64,000 nt of DNA from Vampirovibrionaceae bacterium NZW_1234 (GCA_041697335.1 JBGUGD010000025.1:32001-96000); one strand, 5' to 3'; shown: positions 19,905-31,057, counted from the stretch's first letter. Program-made: numbers and translations. The notes: a model not told the origin generated them from the letters alone.

Positions 19905-20101
19905 GTATCCCAGAGTCCTCTAACTCCTAATTCGAGAATAAGCTTTAAATAACCTGGTTACCACTGTCCTTGGCAGTCTGCTAATTTTTATTGCAGCGGA
20001 TGCCAACAGTGGTGACCAGGTTTTTAGATGTTGGATGGATCTATGAGGTTGTTATGAAATTTTACAGAAATGAAGGGTGTATGGAGGAAGAGCCCTAAAA
20101 A

Positions 20102-21001
20102 TCATTTGTTAGGAATGTTCTGATAGGTACAAATATGTTCTGTAACGATGTTGCCATCTGGGTCTCGGGTTTTAATTTCAATTCGATCCTCCATCCTCCC
20201 GATTAAAATGTTTCGTTTGAGGAGTTGTGCACTAACGAATTGATGCCCTTCTCGCATAGGCAGGGTGATGCTTTTATCACCCCAATTAATTGTCACTCTC
20301 GGGCTTGAGAGATGACGTTCTCTTGTCTGAGGATCTTCGGAAACATCCTGATAGGTGGTAACTGTAACTGGCCTGTTTTGGCTATCTTTCTTGTTCAGTC
20401 GCTCCCGATACTCGGTGTATTCTTTTCTTTCAGGTGGTTTTGGCGGGACCTCCTGTTTTTTCTTATTCTCAGGTGGGGCTGTGGGTGGTTGTGGTTTGGG
20501 TGGAGGCAATGTTGGCGGTTTTTCTGCATCCGGTAATTTATTTGCCTCATAGGTCCTTCCGGTGAGGTTGCCATCTTTGTCAAATTCCCGATAGACGATT
20601 CTCCCGTTGTTGCTGTCAGCCACCATGTATTTTTTTCCGTCTTTTTCAACGACACGGAAATTGGGATCGAAGCGATTGCGGGTGTACATTTTCTGAGGTT
20701 TGCCGTCAACATACACCGTGTATTCCCGATTTCCGTCCGAGGTCATGTCATAATAATTCGAGACATACACGGGCTTGCCATTCACGGTACCCACCTGGGT
20801 GAGCTGTTCTCCCGGTGCCAGTGACGGTTGCACGTTCGAGCCGGATGCCGGAATGGGTTTCATCGAAATTGAATCAGTCGAACTTGACCGAGCCAACGAC
20901 GGCGCCAGCCCCGCATTTGAAGCCGTCTGTTTTTCGATACTGTCCGTATTTTTCCACAGGCCAACCTGCCCCGGGGAAGGGGTATTCGTATTGATCATCA
21001 T
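20102..21001 (-). CDS. hypothetical protein with Pro/Lys-rich linker
   Basis: 299-aa ORF, GGAG RBS. Confidence 0.75.
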   Translation of the reverse strand: MMINTNTPSPGQVGLWKNTDSIEKQTASNAGLAPSLARSSSTDSISMKPIPASGSNVQPSLAPGEQLTQVGTVNGKPVYVSNYYDMTSDGNREYTVYVDGKPQKMYTRNRFDPNFRVVEKDGKKYMVADSNNGRIVYREFDKDGNLTGRTYEANKLPDAEKPPTLPPPKPQPPTAPPENKKKQEVPPKPPERKEYTEYRERLNKKDSQNRPVTVTTYQDVSEDPQTRERHLSSPRVTINWGDKSITLPMREGHQFVSAQLLKRNILIGRMEDRIEIKTRDPDGNIVTEHICTYQNIPNK

Positions 21002-21458
21002 AGTCAGTTACTCCAGCGTCTGTCAGTAAACACATTGCCGATAAAAAATATCAAGAAGAAACAATTTGACACTATAGGGATAAACGATTGGTTCATAAAA
21101 AAGATGACAGTATATTTTTTTTTGTAAAAAATACGCCAGATTGCAAAAAAATTATTAAACTGACATTCGATGGGCAGCGTCTAAGACCAGCTCAAATGGA
21201 CTTTTTATCAGAAAACGGTTTGATTTGGATCGAGAGAGCGGATGAAGAAAATTAAAAATTCATGACAGTGATCCCATTCACGCAGCATGTGGCAATAACG
21301 AATCATAATAGGGAATTTGACGTTTGGACTACTAGAAATATTATTTAAAGTTTAACGAGACAATTGAGGTACGGAGGTCTTTAGTCTTTATAGGGGAGTT
21401 TGTTTGATTTATAATGCCGAAATCTTCCAATTGTTGAGATCGCATGGAGGACTTGGGA

Positions 21459-21917
21459 ATGCGAATTATGGGTCTGCCTACGGCCACCAGGCCTCGTTTT
21501 AGCAGTAGTGTGGCGTCGGCGCCACAACCGGTGACGCCGCAACATGTGTATCACGAGGTGGTGGCGTTACTGAAACCGGATAACAAAACCTTGCTGGTGT
21601 CGCCCCCGTCTTACGAAACCCGAGATGGGCAACGTTTTGAAGTCATTCAGGTTATTGCCCATCACAGTGCCATGGCGCAAAAACCGATTGAACAGGCGTC
21701 CCAAACCTTGCAGGCGCATCCCAAGTATACGCCGGTGCAGCGCTTTAGCAAGACCATCTCTAAGGATCCAGCCACGGGCCAGCGTGTCTATGGTCCGCAA
21801 CAACCCATTGTGGAGCAGCATCCCTTGGTGTTTGCCCACGTGGATAACCCCCAGATTCACGTGAAGCTCGCTTACGGTGGGGATCTTCACTTTGACCCCA
21901 CGATAAAGTATGCATAG
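21459..21917 (+). CDS. hypothetical protein (N-terminal PRFSS)
   Basis: GGAGG RBS; 152 aa. Confidence 0.75.
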   Translation: MRIMGLPTATRPRFSSSVASAPQPVTPQHVYHEVVALLKPDNKTLLVSPPSYETRDGQRFEVIQVIAHHSAMAQKPIEQASQTLQAHPKYTPVQRFSKTISKDPATGQRVYGPQQPIVEQHPLVFAHVDNPQIHVKLAYGGDLHFDPTIKYA

Positions 21918-21999
21918 ACGCCTATTCTTTTCCGACGTGAATACCTATCCCATGATTCTCCCTGGCGAAATCATGAGAGGGTTCTAATGCGTATGCTGA

Positions 22000-24489
22000 C
22001 TAGTTGTTGGGATTAATAAAGCTGGATTTAAACTCACTGACAAAGCTGCTGAAGTCGGACGTCATGCCCAGTTTTTTGAAAATGCTGGCCCATTTGGATG
22101 ACGCATTGGCATCTTTCTCATCCATCCAGATTTCCCGACTGGTATCGGTAGAGAGCGCAATTGATCCGGGGAGCCCCAAGAAGCTCCCAATAGCCACAGT
22201 GCCGTAGGTTAACACGCTACGAGAACCTTCGGTGGTATCCATGTATTCCTTGATATACGGAACTGTTTCCCCGGCGATACGGATGCGATGAATTATTCCT
22301 TTACTGTCTTTAACCTCAAACTCCATATCTTTCAATTTAAGAGGATGATGGACGCTGTCGGAGTAAGTGCTGACCAGTTCTTCTTTGGTAAATGAGTTAT
22401 GAGGATAAGGGGTAACCACATGGCGCAGGTAGGATTTAATTCCAAGCTCAGCCATGGAACTGATATCGGACTCGTAGCTGCCTTCGCCGTTAAACTTCCA
22501 TTGGTCCTTGTGTTTATTGGCCTGAACATATTTTGTAAATGCCGACCAGATGCGGTATTTGTTGGGGTTGGATTCATCCATGCTATTGATGTTGTCTAAT
22601 AACGTTCCCAGGTCTTTGACGGATAATTCTTTCTCAGTCTTGGTATCTAGAATTTCGTTCACTTTTTGCAATGCAATCTCTTCTGCTTTCTCGGGAGTCA
22701 AGGGCGGTGTGGTATTTTCATTGCCCGTGGGTTTGGGCATGTTTTTATCGATCAGTTCTTCCAGCGGCGTGACCCACATATGCTGTACCACCTGTGCCGC
22801 CACTTGATCCCGGACGTCTTTCGGTAAATCCTTAAACCCGTTGAAATCCCGGTTCTCGATATCTCGTATTGGCGGGTTTCCAAAGTTTATAAGGGTGGGT
22901 GGGGTTTTTAGTTTATTCTCCAGGGCCTCAATTTGCTTTTGCAACTGTGCTTTTTCAAGGCCTCGCGCCCTGGTAATTTGCTCTTTGTCCATAATATTCT
23001 GGCGCTCTTGTGCTTCGAGATCGGTAAGCACTCGAGGCGCACGACTCAGAAACTGAATTTCATTTTGAATTTTGGTTTCCAGTCGGGCTAAGTCGGCTTT
23101 TTCGGTGTCGGAGAGCGTTAGCCCTCTGTTCTGCATGCCTTTAAGCCAATCATAATGAATTCTTTCTTCATCTGTTGGCATATTGAATACCTTTAGCATT
23201 CTGATGGCTTCTTCTTCATCAAGGGGATTGTCCGGATCCTCCCAGTTGATGTCATCAAGGGTTCTCTCCAGACGTGTCTGGACATCGCCGATGCGCTTGT
23301 CGAGCAACGCATTTCGCTTTTTCAACAGTTCTTCCTCGGTTTGGTGGTCAAACACGGCCAACTGTTTTTTCTTCGCATCAACATACGCTTTCATGGTGTT
23401 TTGGTATATTTCCAAAAACTTCTGAGGATCTGAAATTTGAAGCTTTCCTTGGCGTTGTTCTTCAATCTCTCTCTCGTATTGGCCTAAAAGGTTTTCCAAG
23501 CCTTTAATATCTTCTTCGGAGGGGACCTGGTTGTTCGCAATGGCGCTTTTTACGGATTCCAATCGTTGCGAATTTCGAAGCTTCTCAGATTGAGACTTGG
23601 TTCCCAGGTCTTGGAGTTCCGAGCGCCAAGCATCGAATACGCTTTGGCGGTCTTGGGTTGGTTGACCATGGACAGGCGCATTTACGTCGACCTCGTTTGC
23701 CGCGGCCATGGCCATACCTGCCTGCGAGATTTCTGAGGAGAATGCACCGCTATTTTCAGGAACCCCGGTCGGTGCGTTCATGTCATCAATATTTCCCGTT
23801 TGAGCGGATACAAAAGAAAACATGGATGCAGGGTTTGTTGGAATGTTGCTGTAGAAGCCAGGGCTTGGTCCCGTGCTTTCTCCAAAGGTGCCGCTTTCTC
23901 CGAAGATGCCTTGTGTGCTAAAGCTACCGCTTTCTCCGAAAGTGTTTTGTGGGCCAAAGCTACCGCTTTCTCCGAAGGTGTTTTGTGTGCTAAAGCTACC
24001 GCTTTCTCCGAAAGTGTTTTGTGGGCCAAAGCTACCGCTTTCTCCGAAGATGCCTTGTGCGCCAAAGCTACCGCTTTCTCCGAAGGTGCCTTGTGGGCCA
24101 AAGCTACCGCTTTCTCCGAAGATGCCTTGTGCGCCAAAAGTGCCGCTTTCTCCGAAGGTGGCTTGTGTGCCAGAGGGGCCTTGAAATCCTGAGGTGCTGG
24201 GATGGCCGGAGGGGCCTTGAATCGTATTCGTGTCACTTGTGGATGGATAGACCAGGGGGGTAGGCCAAACGGAATAGAGGAGTGCATTTGAAACACTGAT
24301 GAATTGATAGAACGTGTTAAAGTTGACAATATCGACTGTATACCCTGTATTACCGATGGGTGGGTTTGGGGGGAGATAGCTATTGGTTGATGAAGCCTCC
24401 CCAGTAACACCGTTGGGAGGGGTATGCGGTGTCACTGTATTATCGGTGCCATAGTAAAGATTAAATGCGTTGGGCTCTATCGTCGCCAT
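22000..24489 (-). CDS. large hypothetical protein with 12-aa FG repeats and coiled coil
   Basis: Long ORF; repeat block in frame. Confidence 0.85.
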   Translation of the reverse strand: MATIEPNAFNLYYGTDNTVTPHTPPNGVTGEASSTNSYLPPNPPIGNTGYTVDIVNFNTFYQFISVSNALLYSVWPTPLVYPSTSDTNTIQGPSGHPSTSGFQGPSGTQATFGESGTFGAQGIFGESGSFGPQGTFGESGSFGAQGIFGESGSFGPQNTFGESGSFSTQNTFGESGSFGPQNTFGESGSFSTQGIFGESGTFGESTGPSPGFYSNIPTNPASMFSFVSAQTGNIDDMNAPTGVPENSGAFSSEISQAGMAMAAANEVDVNAPVHGQPTQDRQSVFDAWRSELQDLGTKSQSEKLRNSQRLESVKSAIANNQVPSEEDIKGLENLLGQYEREIEEQRQGKLQISDPQKFLEIYQNTMKAYVDAKKKQLAVFDHQTEEELLKKRNALLDKRIGDVQTRLERTLDDINWEDPDNPLDEEEAIRMLKVFNMPTDEERIHYDWLKGMQNRGLTLSDTEKADLARLETKIQNEIQFLSRAPRVLTDLEAQERQNIMDKEQITRARGLEKAQLQKQIEALENKLKTPPTLINFGNPPIRDIENRDFNGFKDLPKDVRDQVAAQVVQHMWVTPLEELIDKNMPKPTGNENTTPPLTPEKAEEIALQKVNEILDTKTEKELSVKDLGTLLDNINSMDESNPNKYRIWSAFTKYVQANKHKDQWKFNGEGSYESDISSMAELGIKSYLRHVVTPYPHNSFTKEELVSTYSDSVHHPLKLKDMEFEVKDSKGIIHRIRIAGETVPYIKEYMDTTEGSRSVLTYGTVAIGSFLGLPGSIALSTDTSREIWMDEKDANASSKWASIFKKLGMTSDFSSFVSEFKSSFINPNN
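23893..24180 (-). repeat. 36-bp coding tandem repeat x8 (FGESG[ST]F[GS]xQ[GN][TI])
   Basis: GCTTTCTCCGAA recurs at 23893, 23929, 23965, 24001, 24037, 24073, 24109, 24145. Confidence 0.95.
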
Positions 24490-24728
24490 ACACAACTCTC
24501 TTTCCATTTGTGGGCAAGCATAATGTTGCAATTTCTTTCGGCAGGAAAAGAGACCTGCTACAGCATGGTTTATTGAAATGTTACTTTGTTACATGTGGCT
24601 TATGAGGCCATGGTCAAGTAAAAGCGAGCAATTCGATAACGTGGGCCATGTATGAACAAATATTAAATGGGTGACACAGTCGAATGGTTTTAAGCATACA
24701 ACGGACACGGTGAGGCCATGAAATGCCC

Positions 24729-25106
24729 TTAAGGCAGGGTGCGGGCGAGGAGGCGGTCGACCGGGTGGTTTTCGATCAGGTGGCTTTGGACGATTTCGGG
24801 GACATCTTCGGGTTGAACATGATAGTACCAGACGCCGTCGGGGTAGATCATCACGGCAGGGCCGGTCTGACACAGGCCAATAGAGCCGCAGGTGGTGACG
24901 ATGACGGATCCGTCCTTGGACCCGCGTTTGCCGTAAAGAAGCCCCTTTTCGGCCAGGACATTCCAAAAGGCTTCCAGAACGGCCTCGCTGCCGTTCGCAC
25001 TACAGGACTTACCGGTACACACAAACACGTGCCGGGTTAAGGGGGCCGTGACCACCGGGGATTTTTCAACAAGTGCTTCTCGGCTCAGCATCATTATCGA
25101 ATCCAA
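24729..25106 (-). CDS. thioredoxin-like (2Fe-2S) ferredoxin
   Basis: HVFVC..C..CGSIGLCQTGP..YPDGVWY. Confidence 0.92.
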   Translation of the reverse strand: MDSIMMLSREALVEKSPVVTAPLTRHVFVCTGKSCSANGSEAVLEAFWNVLAEKGLLYGKRGSKDGSVIVTTCGSIGLCQTGPAVMIYPDGVWYYHVQPEDVPEIVQSHLIENHPVDRLLARTLP

Positions 25107-25251
25107 TCAATCGCATCCATTCAATCGGTCAACTGTCGATACTTTACCGTGAGTGGCCGCGCGTTGCAAATGGCCTATAGGCAGCACGCTGTGCTTCATG
25201 TACACTCAATGCCAGAACACGGCACTTGAATTATAGGGAGACTATCGACAC

Positions 25252-25731
25252 ATGGAAGCTGTTTCATTGAAAGAGACCCTGGGAAAAGCCATTGGCAAAA
25301 TCGCCAGCGGGCTGTATGTGGTGACCACCGGATCGGGCGAGCAGAAACAGGGGTTTTTGGCCTCCTGGATTATGCAGGCCAGCTTTGAACCCCCGATGCT
25401 GACCGTCGCTGTCCAGAAAGACCGGGATATTCTGAAGCTTATCGAGGAAAACAAGCGCTTTGTGGTCAATGTCCTGAGCGACAGCAACTCCAACCTGATG
25501 GGCAAGTTTGCCAAGTACAGCCCGGAACAGTTCCAGGATGTGCCGGCCTATGAAAACGACCATGGCGTGGTATTGAAAGATACGGTGGCCTTTATGGCGT
25601 GCGATCTCGTTCGGGTCTGGTCCGAGGGCGGGGATCACGTCCTGCTGGTGGGGCAGATTGTGGATGGTGAAGTGATGAATGCCGATCTGCAACCTTGGAC
25701 GCACCTGCGGAAAAATGGGTTTTCTTACTAA
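25252..25731 (+). CDS. flavin reductase family protein
   Basis: SGLYVVT, ASWIMQASFEPP, GDH. Confidence 0.92.
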   Translation: MEAVSLKETLGKAIGKIASGLYVVTTGSGEQKQGFLASWIMQASFEPPMLTVAVQKDRDILKLIEENKRFVVNVLSDSNSNLMGKFAKYSPEQFQDVPAYENDHGVVLKDTVAFMACDLVRVWSEGGDHVLLVGQIVDGEVMNADLQPWTHLRKNGFSY

Positions 25732-25749
25732 CAAAGCCATGTTGGACGG

Positions 25750-26094
25750 ATGCCCGTTCTGATTCGTCGCACCAAACAAGGAACCTGGCTGTTCCCGGTG
25801 GTTGTGACCCCCAAATCCCATGCGGATGAGGTGGTGCCCGTCGTGGCCAACGATGAGGCGATTGCCGTGAAAGTCCGCGCGCTGCCGGATAAGGGGGCTG
25901 CCAATCAGGCGGTTATCGCTGTTCTGGCCAAAGCCCTGAAGCTCCCGAAAACAAGCCTCAGTGTCGCTCATGGGGCCACCTCCCGCCAGAAGCAAATTGC
26001 CCTGGAGGGCATTGCCGATGCGGCGCAGTTGCTGAGCCACTTCAGTGCCATTGCGGCGGCGCCTCCCGAGACCGTGTTTTTGTTTCGAGAATAA
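25750..26094 (+). CDS. DUF167 (YggU-like) protein
   Basis: VxVTP, ALPDKGAAN, GATSRQK. Confidence 0.88.
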   Translation: MPVLIRRTKQGTWLFPVVVTPKSHADEVVPVVANDEAIAVKVRALPDKGAANQAVIAVLAKALKLPKTSLSVAHGATSRQKQIALEGIADAAQLLSHFSAIAAAPPETVFLFRE

Positions 26095-26209
26095 GGTTCG
26101 AGGGGCCGGTCTCCGGGTCATCGGCGTGGCTGACCTGAGGTTGCTCAGCCATGCCGGGTTCGGGTTTCTGGTATGATTGCCGATGTTGAAACGGCCTGTG
26201 TGCGACGCA

Positions 26210-26986
26210 ATGGACAAGCATTTTATCTGTGATATGGACGGCGTGGTATACCGGGGTAATCGGATGATTCCCGGGATTCAGGTTTTTCTGGAGCGGCTTC
26301 AGGCCCATGGGCGGCGGGTTTTATTTTTGACCAACAGCTCTTCCCGCACTGCCGAACAATGCAAGGCTAAGCTCGAGGACTTGGGGCTGTCGGGGATTGA
26401 AGCGCATCAGTTTTTTACCGCCGCCATGGCCACGGCGCGGTTTCTGGCCCATCAGACGCTCCCTAAAACCGCCTATGTCATTGGCGGCGAAGGCCTTCGG
26501 CAGGAGCTGCGCCAGGTCGGGTTTGAGTTAACCGACCGGGATCCGGCCTACGTCATTCTGGGGCATACGCAGGAGTTTAATTTTTCCATGCTGTCCACGG
26601 CCACCCGCTTAATTCGCGGAGGAAGCCGCTTTGTGGCCACCAACCCGGATCCGGTGGATCCGGTGGAAGATGGTGTGGAACCGGCATGCGGCAGTTTGAT
26701 TGCGGCCGTTCAGACGGCGACCAATAAAATGCCTTATATCATTGGGAAACCCAACGCACTGATGATGCGTATGGCCCGGGAGACCATGGGGCTGGAGGCT
26801 GAACGTCTGGTGATGGTCGGGGATCGGATGGATACGGATATCAAGGCCGGTCTGGAGGCAGGAATGACCACCGTGTTAGTATTGTCCGGCGTGACGGCAC
26901 GAGAAGATCTCAGCCAATATGCCTACCAACCCGATTATGTGTTTGACGATGCCGGTCAGATCGATTTGGCCCAGGTGGCGCTATGA
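26210..26986 (+). CDS. HAD-IIA phosphatase (NagD/AraL-like)
   Basis: DMDGV, FLTN, IGKP, VGDRMDTDI. Confidence 0.93.
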   Translation: MDKHFICDMDGVVYRGNRMIPGIQVFLERLQAHGRRVLFLTNSSSRTAEQCKAKLEDLGLSGIEAHQFFTAAMATARFLAHQTLPKTAYVIGGEGLRQELRQVGFELTDRDPAYVILGHTQEFNFSMLSTATRLIRGGSRFVATNPDPVDPVEDGVEPACGSLIAAVQTATNKMPYIIGKPNALMMRMARETMGLEAERLVMVGDRMDTDIKAGLEAGMTTVLVLSGVTAREDLSQYAYQPDYVFDDAGQIDLAQVAL

Positions 26987-28035
26987 AGATTACGGTTCCG
27001 GCCTTGCTCCGCATCAAGCCAAATGCCCTGGAAAAAGTCGGCAAGTATCTGTGCGCCTTGGACATCGACCATGTCGCTGTGCTGTATGCCGATGGCTTGT
27101 CCACCCAGCTGCATGAACAGGTTGAATCCTCGTGTCGTCAATGGAAGCGGACAATCACGGCCGTGCAGACGGTAACCTCCAACGAGACTCGTGTGTTGTT
27201 TGATTTGTCTCTTAACCTGCCCGAAAACACCGGAGGGCTGATGGTATTGGGGGGCGGACGAGCCATTGATGCCGGGAAGTACCTGTCGCACATGTTGCAA
27301 ATACCGCTGCTGGTGTGTCCGACCATTGTGTCCAATGACGGCGTGGCGTCGCCGTTCTCTTCTCTGCTGTTTGACGGGGTAAAACGTACCGTACGAACCC
27401 GCCTCCCCGCAGGTATCGTTGTGGATACCGCCATCGTGGCCCAAGCGCCGGTGCAATTTTATTACTCAGGGGTGGGCGATTTGGTGTCCAATCTGACGGC
27501 GATTGCCGACTGGAAGGCGGCCTATCACCATCATGGGCTTTATGTCGATGATTTTGCCGTGTCCGTGTCCCAAACGGCCGCCGAGAATTTTATACACTCT
27601 CCCGAGACGTCGCCCATCGATTATGCATGTTTGCGAACCTTGGCCAATGGCCTGATCTTGAGCGGTATTGCGATGGAGGTCGCCGGATCCAGCCGTCCGG
27701 CCAGTGGCAGCGAGCACCTGATTTCGCATGCCTATGACACGTTGCCCGAATCCCAAGCCAGCTTGCACGGGTTGCAGGTGGGTGTCGCCGCCTATGCCGT
27801 CAGTGCGATTCAGGAAAAAACACACAAGCAGGTCCGTCAGTGCCTTCTCGACAGTGGCTTTGTCGATTATATGAAGCATCATCCGCTGTCAAAGCAGGCG
27901 TTTCTCACCGCTGTCCAAAAAGCTCCCCGGATGAAAGAGAATTTTTACACGCTTCTTTCTGAATCGGACTCTATGGCCGCATTGTTGGATTTTGTCCATC
28001 GGGATGCGCTCCTTAACGAAATGCTCGCCGAGTAA
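26983..28035 (+). CDS. glycerol-1-phosphate dehydrogenase-like (EgsA/AraM family)
   Basis: GGGRAIDAGK, PTIVSNDG, SRPASGSEHLISHA, LHGLQVG; ATGA overlap with upstream gene. Confidence 0.85.
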   Translation: MKITVPALLRIKPNALEKVGKYLCALDIDHVAVLYADGLSTQLHEQVESSCRQWKRTITAVQTVTSNETRVLFDLSLNLPENTGGLMVLGGGRAIDAGKYLSHMLQIPLLVCPTIVSNDGVASPFSSLLFDGVKRTVRTRLPAGIVVDTAIVAQAPVQFYYSGVGDLVSNLTAIADWKAAYHHHGLYVDDFAVSVSQTAAENFIHSPETSPIDYACLRTLANGLILSGIAMEVAGSSRPASGSEHLISHAYDTLPESQASLHGLQVGVAAYAVSAIQEKTHKQVRQCLLDSGFVDYMKHHPLSKQAFLTAVQKAPRMKENFYTLLSESDSMAALLDFVHRDALLNEMLAE

Positions 28036-28146
28036 TGCTGGGCCGAGTTGTGCCGTGGGGCTTTACTCGATGATCATCCCTCGGGCATAATGATGGCGAT
28101 GGAAAGAGGCCCCTGGTTAACACACACGGCACATGGACCATAGACA

Positions 28147-29811
28147 ATGAACTTTTGGATGTTCCTGACGGCGTTGATGCCCATACTGGCAGTATTCGTT
28201 CTGTTGGTGGTGCTTCGACTCCCTGCCATGCGTGCCATGCCCATTGGGTTGGCTCTGACCGCATTGATGGCTTGGCGGTTTTGGCAGATGACTCCGGTCC
28301 ACCTTGCGGCGGCATGCGTGGAAGGTCTGTTTGCAGCGGCTTCCATTCTCTGGATTGTTTTCGGGGCTGTCTTTTTGCTGAAAGTGCTGACGTTGAGCGG
28401 TGCCATTGATACCATCCGCAATGCCTTCACCCACATTTCACCGGACCGGCGGGTTCAGGCCATCATCATTGCGTGGCTGTTTGGCGCCTTTATTGAGGGC
28501 GCTGCCGGTTTTGGGACCCCTGCAGCCCTGGGGGCGCCGCTTATGGTTGCGATTGGCTTTCCGTTATTGCCGGCTGTGGTATTGGCCTTGGTTGCCGACA
28601 GTTCCCCGGTCTCTTTTGGTGCCGTGGGAACCCCGATTCTCATTGGTATGAATCAGGGACTTCACGTGGGCGGGGATGTTGCTCCTGAAGTGGCCGGATA
28701 CTTGGATATGCAATCCCTGGACAGCTTTTTAAAACAGGTGACTGCCCAAACCGTGATGATGGATCTTTGCATCGGCACGTGGATCCCCCTGATGCTTGCC
28801 GTGATGCTGACTCGGTTTTTCGGTAAAAACCGAAGCTGGAAAGAGGGACTGGGCATCTGGAAGTTTGCTTTGTTTGCCGGGTTGGCCTTTGAAGTGCCTG
28901 CGTTAATCTCTGCCTTGTGGCTGGGGCCTGAGTTTCCGGCACTGATTGGCGGGTTAGTGGGTTTGGGCATTGTTGTACCAGCCGTTCAACGGGGCTTCCT
29001 CCAGTCTGATACACCATGGGATGATTTTTCGGAACCCCTGGACTCCGGGATGGCGTCATCGGAACGGCTACTCAATAGGCCGATACTCTCCATGAGCCTG
29101 CACATGGCCTGGCTGCCCTATATCCTCGTCGCCCTCGTATTGGTTCTGACCCGGATGGATGCGTTACCGTTGAAGGCTGCCTTACAGGGCATTGGGGTTG
29201 GGTGGTCGTCTATTCTGGGAACGTCCATGTCTGCTCGCCTGGAGCCCTTGTATCTGCCTGGGGCAACCTTTGTGGCGGTGGCCATGTCAACGACATGGCT
29301 TCATCGCTTGACCATCAAGGATATGGCCCTTCCTCTCCGGCAGACGGTGCACACGCTGATGCCCAGTGTGGTCGCTTTGGGGGCGGCGGTCCCGATGGTC
29401 CGTATCTTTACCAATTCGGACATCAACACGGCAGGCTTGCAGAGCATGCCGGTTGAACTGGCCACCCTGTTTTCCAATGCCCTGGGGACGCTATGGCCCC
29501 TTATTGCTCCTCTTGTTGGTTCTCTGGGGTCCTTTGTCTCGGGTTCGGCCACGTTCTCCAACATGATGTTCAGTCTGTTCCAGTTTTCCGCCGCGGTCCA
29601 GGTGAATATGGATCCCCATATCATTCTGGCGGCACAGATGCTGGGAGCCAATGCCGGAAATATGATATGTGTGCTGAATGTGGTGGCTGCGGCCAGTGTT
29701 GTTGGCCTTAGCGGCAAGGAAGGAGCCATTATCCGCTACACGATTGTACCGATGATCGGTATGATTTTGGTGGCCGGTTTGCTGGCCTTCTTATGGGCGA
29801 CAATGACTTGA
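28147..29811 (+). CDS. lctP: L-lactate permease
   Basis: [25 protein letters not shown]; many TM helices. Confidence 0.92.
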   Translation: MNFWMFLTALMPILAVFVLLVVLRLPAMRAMPIGLALTALMAWRFWQMTPVHLAAACVEGLFAAASILWIVFGAVFLLKVLTLSGAIDTIRNAFTHISPDRRVQAIIIAWLFGAFIEGAAGFGTPAALGAPLMVAIGFPLLPAVVLALVADSSPVSFGAVGTPILIGMNQGLHVGGDVAPEVAGYLDMQSLDSFLKQVTAQTVMMDLCIGTWIPLMLAVMLTRFFGKNRSWKEGLGIWKFALFAGLAFEVPALISALWLGPEFPALIGGLVGLGIVVPAVQRGFLQSDTPWDDFSEPLDSGMASSERLLNRPILSMSLHMAWLPYILVALVLVLTRMDALPLKAALQGIGVGWSSILGTSMSARLEPLYLPGATFVAVAMSTTWLHRLTIKDMALPLRQTVHTLMPSVVALGAAVPMVRIFTNSDINTAGLQSMPVELATLFSNALGTLWPLIAPLVGSLGSFVSGSATFSNMMFSLFQFSAAVQVNMDPHIILAAQMLGANAGNMICVLNVVAAASVVGLSGKEGAIIRYTIVPMIGMILVAGLLAFLWATMT

Positions 29812-29959
29812 ACGCATCACGCTGCTTGTAAGACAGCCTACCTGCTGAATAGGCAAAGCCCATGGTTATCCGGGACACTGTTGAACACCACGATCGTCAA
29901 GCGGCTTGAGCAAGGCCAGCTGGTTTGAGTGTTGATTACCGGGAGGCTGCAGGAATCAG

Positions 29960-30424
29960 ATGAACGCCATTCATGTGCATTTGCTACTCAATCATATCCC
30001 GGTCCTAGGGGCCGTGTTCGGGTTGTTCATCCTGCTGCTGGGGATGGGGATTAAAAATAAAACCCTGATCTATACGGCCTGGGGGGTCTTTCTCCTGGTG
30101 GCGGTTGTTTCTCTGCCGGTTTATTTCAGTGGCGAACAAGCCGAAGAACTGGCAGAACAACTCCCGGAGGTGGTTTATGCACACTTGGAAGCCCATGAAC
30201 ATTGGGGAACCTATGCCTTGCTGAGTGCCGATCTGCTGGGAGGATTGGCTCTGGTCTCGCTCATTGTGGATTTGAAGTGCAAGACCTGTGGTTGGTTACG
30301 TGTCCTGGTGGTCTTGATGGCCTTGGTGACCGCAGCCCTGATGGCCCAGACGGCCTATTCCGGAGGATTGATTCGGCACCCTGAAATTCATCGGAGTATT
30401 GGGACCGATATGAATCAGCTTTAG
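29960..30424 (+). CDS. 4-TM membrane protein with conserved His (DUF2231-like)
   Basis: HLLLNHIP, AHEH, GGLIRHPEI. Confidence 0.8.
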   Translation: MNAIHVHLLLNHIPVLGAVFGLFILLLGMGIKNKTLIYTAWGVFLLVAVVSLPVYFSGEQAEELAEQLPEVVYAHLEAHEHWGTYALLSADLLGGLALVSLIVDLKCKTCGWLRVLVVLMALVTAALMAQTAYSGGLIRHPEIHRSIGTDMNQL

Positions 30425-30819
30425 GCCAGCTTGTCCAGTCTCGTGGCCGTTTGATCTGTAAAGCGCTTGTCGTCCGGCAGCTTGACCCAGATGACAGCAC
30501 CCTGAGGGTGATTATAGGGAACGGGGGTTTCTAAGGGCCTGGCATCTTCCAGGACCCAGGCGAAGGTTTTGGGGTAAGGCATTCCCTTCATCAGCTGGTC
30601 TTTGGGAATCCGATGCTTATCTATGTTTTTCAGCAGGTCATCCCGGGAGAGCGGGCCAAGGCAATTTGCTAGCCGGGCCATGCCGGAGACCTGGCCGGAT
30701 GTCGAGCGGATCAAGGCAATCGGACCGCGTTGACGGGTGTTTGAACCTCGGATTTCCCAGGTCTTTCGCCCTGCCAGAATTTCCTCGATCCACGGAGATT
30801 TTATCAATAAGCCATTCAT
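30421..30819 (-). CDS. ASCH domain protein
   Basis: LLIKSPW..ILAGRKTWEIR..RGPIAL..GAVIW. Confidence 0.9.
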   Translation of the reverse strand: MNGLLIKSPWIEEILAGRKTWEIRGSNTRQRGPIALIRSTSGQVSGMARLANCLGPLSRDDLLKNIDKHRIPKDQLMKGMPYPKTFAWVLEDARPLETPVPYNHPQGAVIWVKLPDDKRFTDQTATRLDKLA

Positions 30820-31057
30820 GAGGGTGCCTCTCTACTCTGGGATGGTTTTAGGGGTCTGCCACGGTGCGGTTGACCAGGCATACAATGTATCACCCTCCAA
30901 CCCCCGGAACAAGTGTGTATGGCCCGTATCAAATCGACAGGGACTGTTTTTTAAAGACTGAATTTAATCTGAATTAAAGTTTGAATCCGAAATGTTTCCG
31001 TGGTTATCTGGTGTCATTCAAAAATCATCACAGTGTGCATCAGAAGGAGAATGTGCC

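Noticed and set aside
23778..24410. SEKAVALAHK repeat ORF and + strand repeat ORFs
   Set aside because: Alternative frames of the 36-bp repeat inside the long gene.
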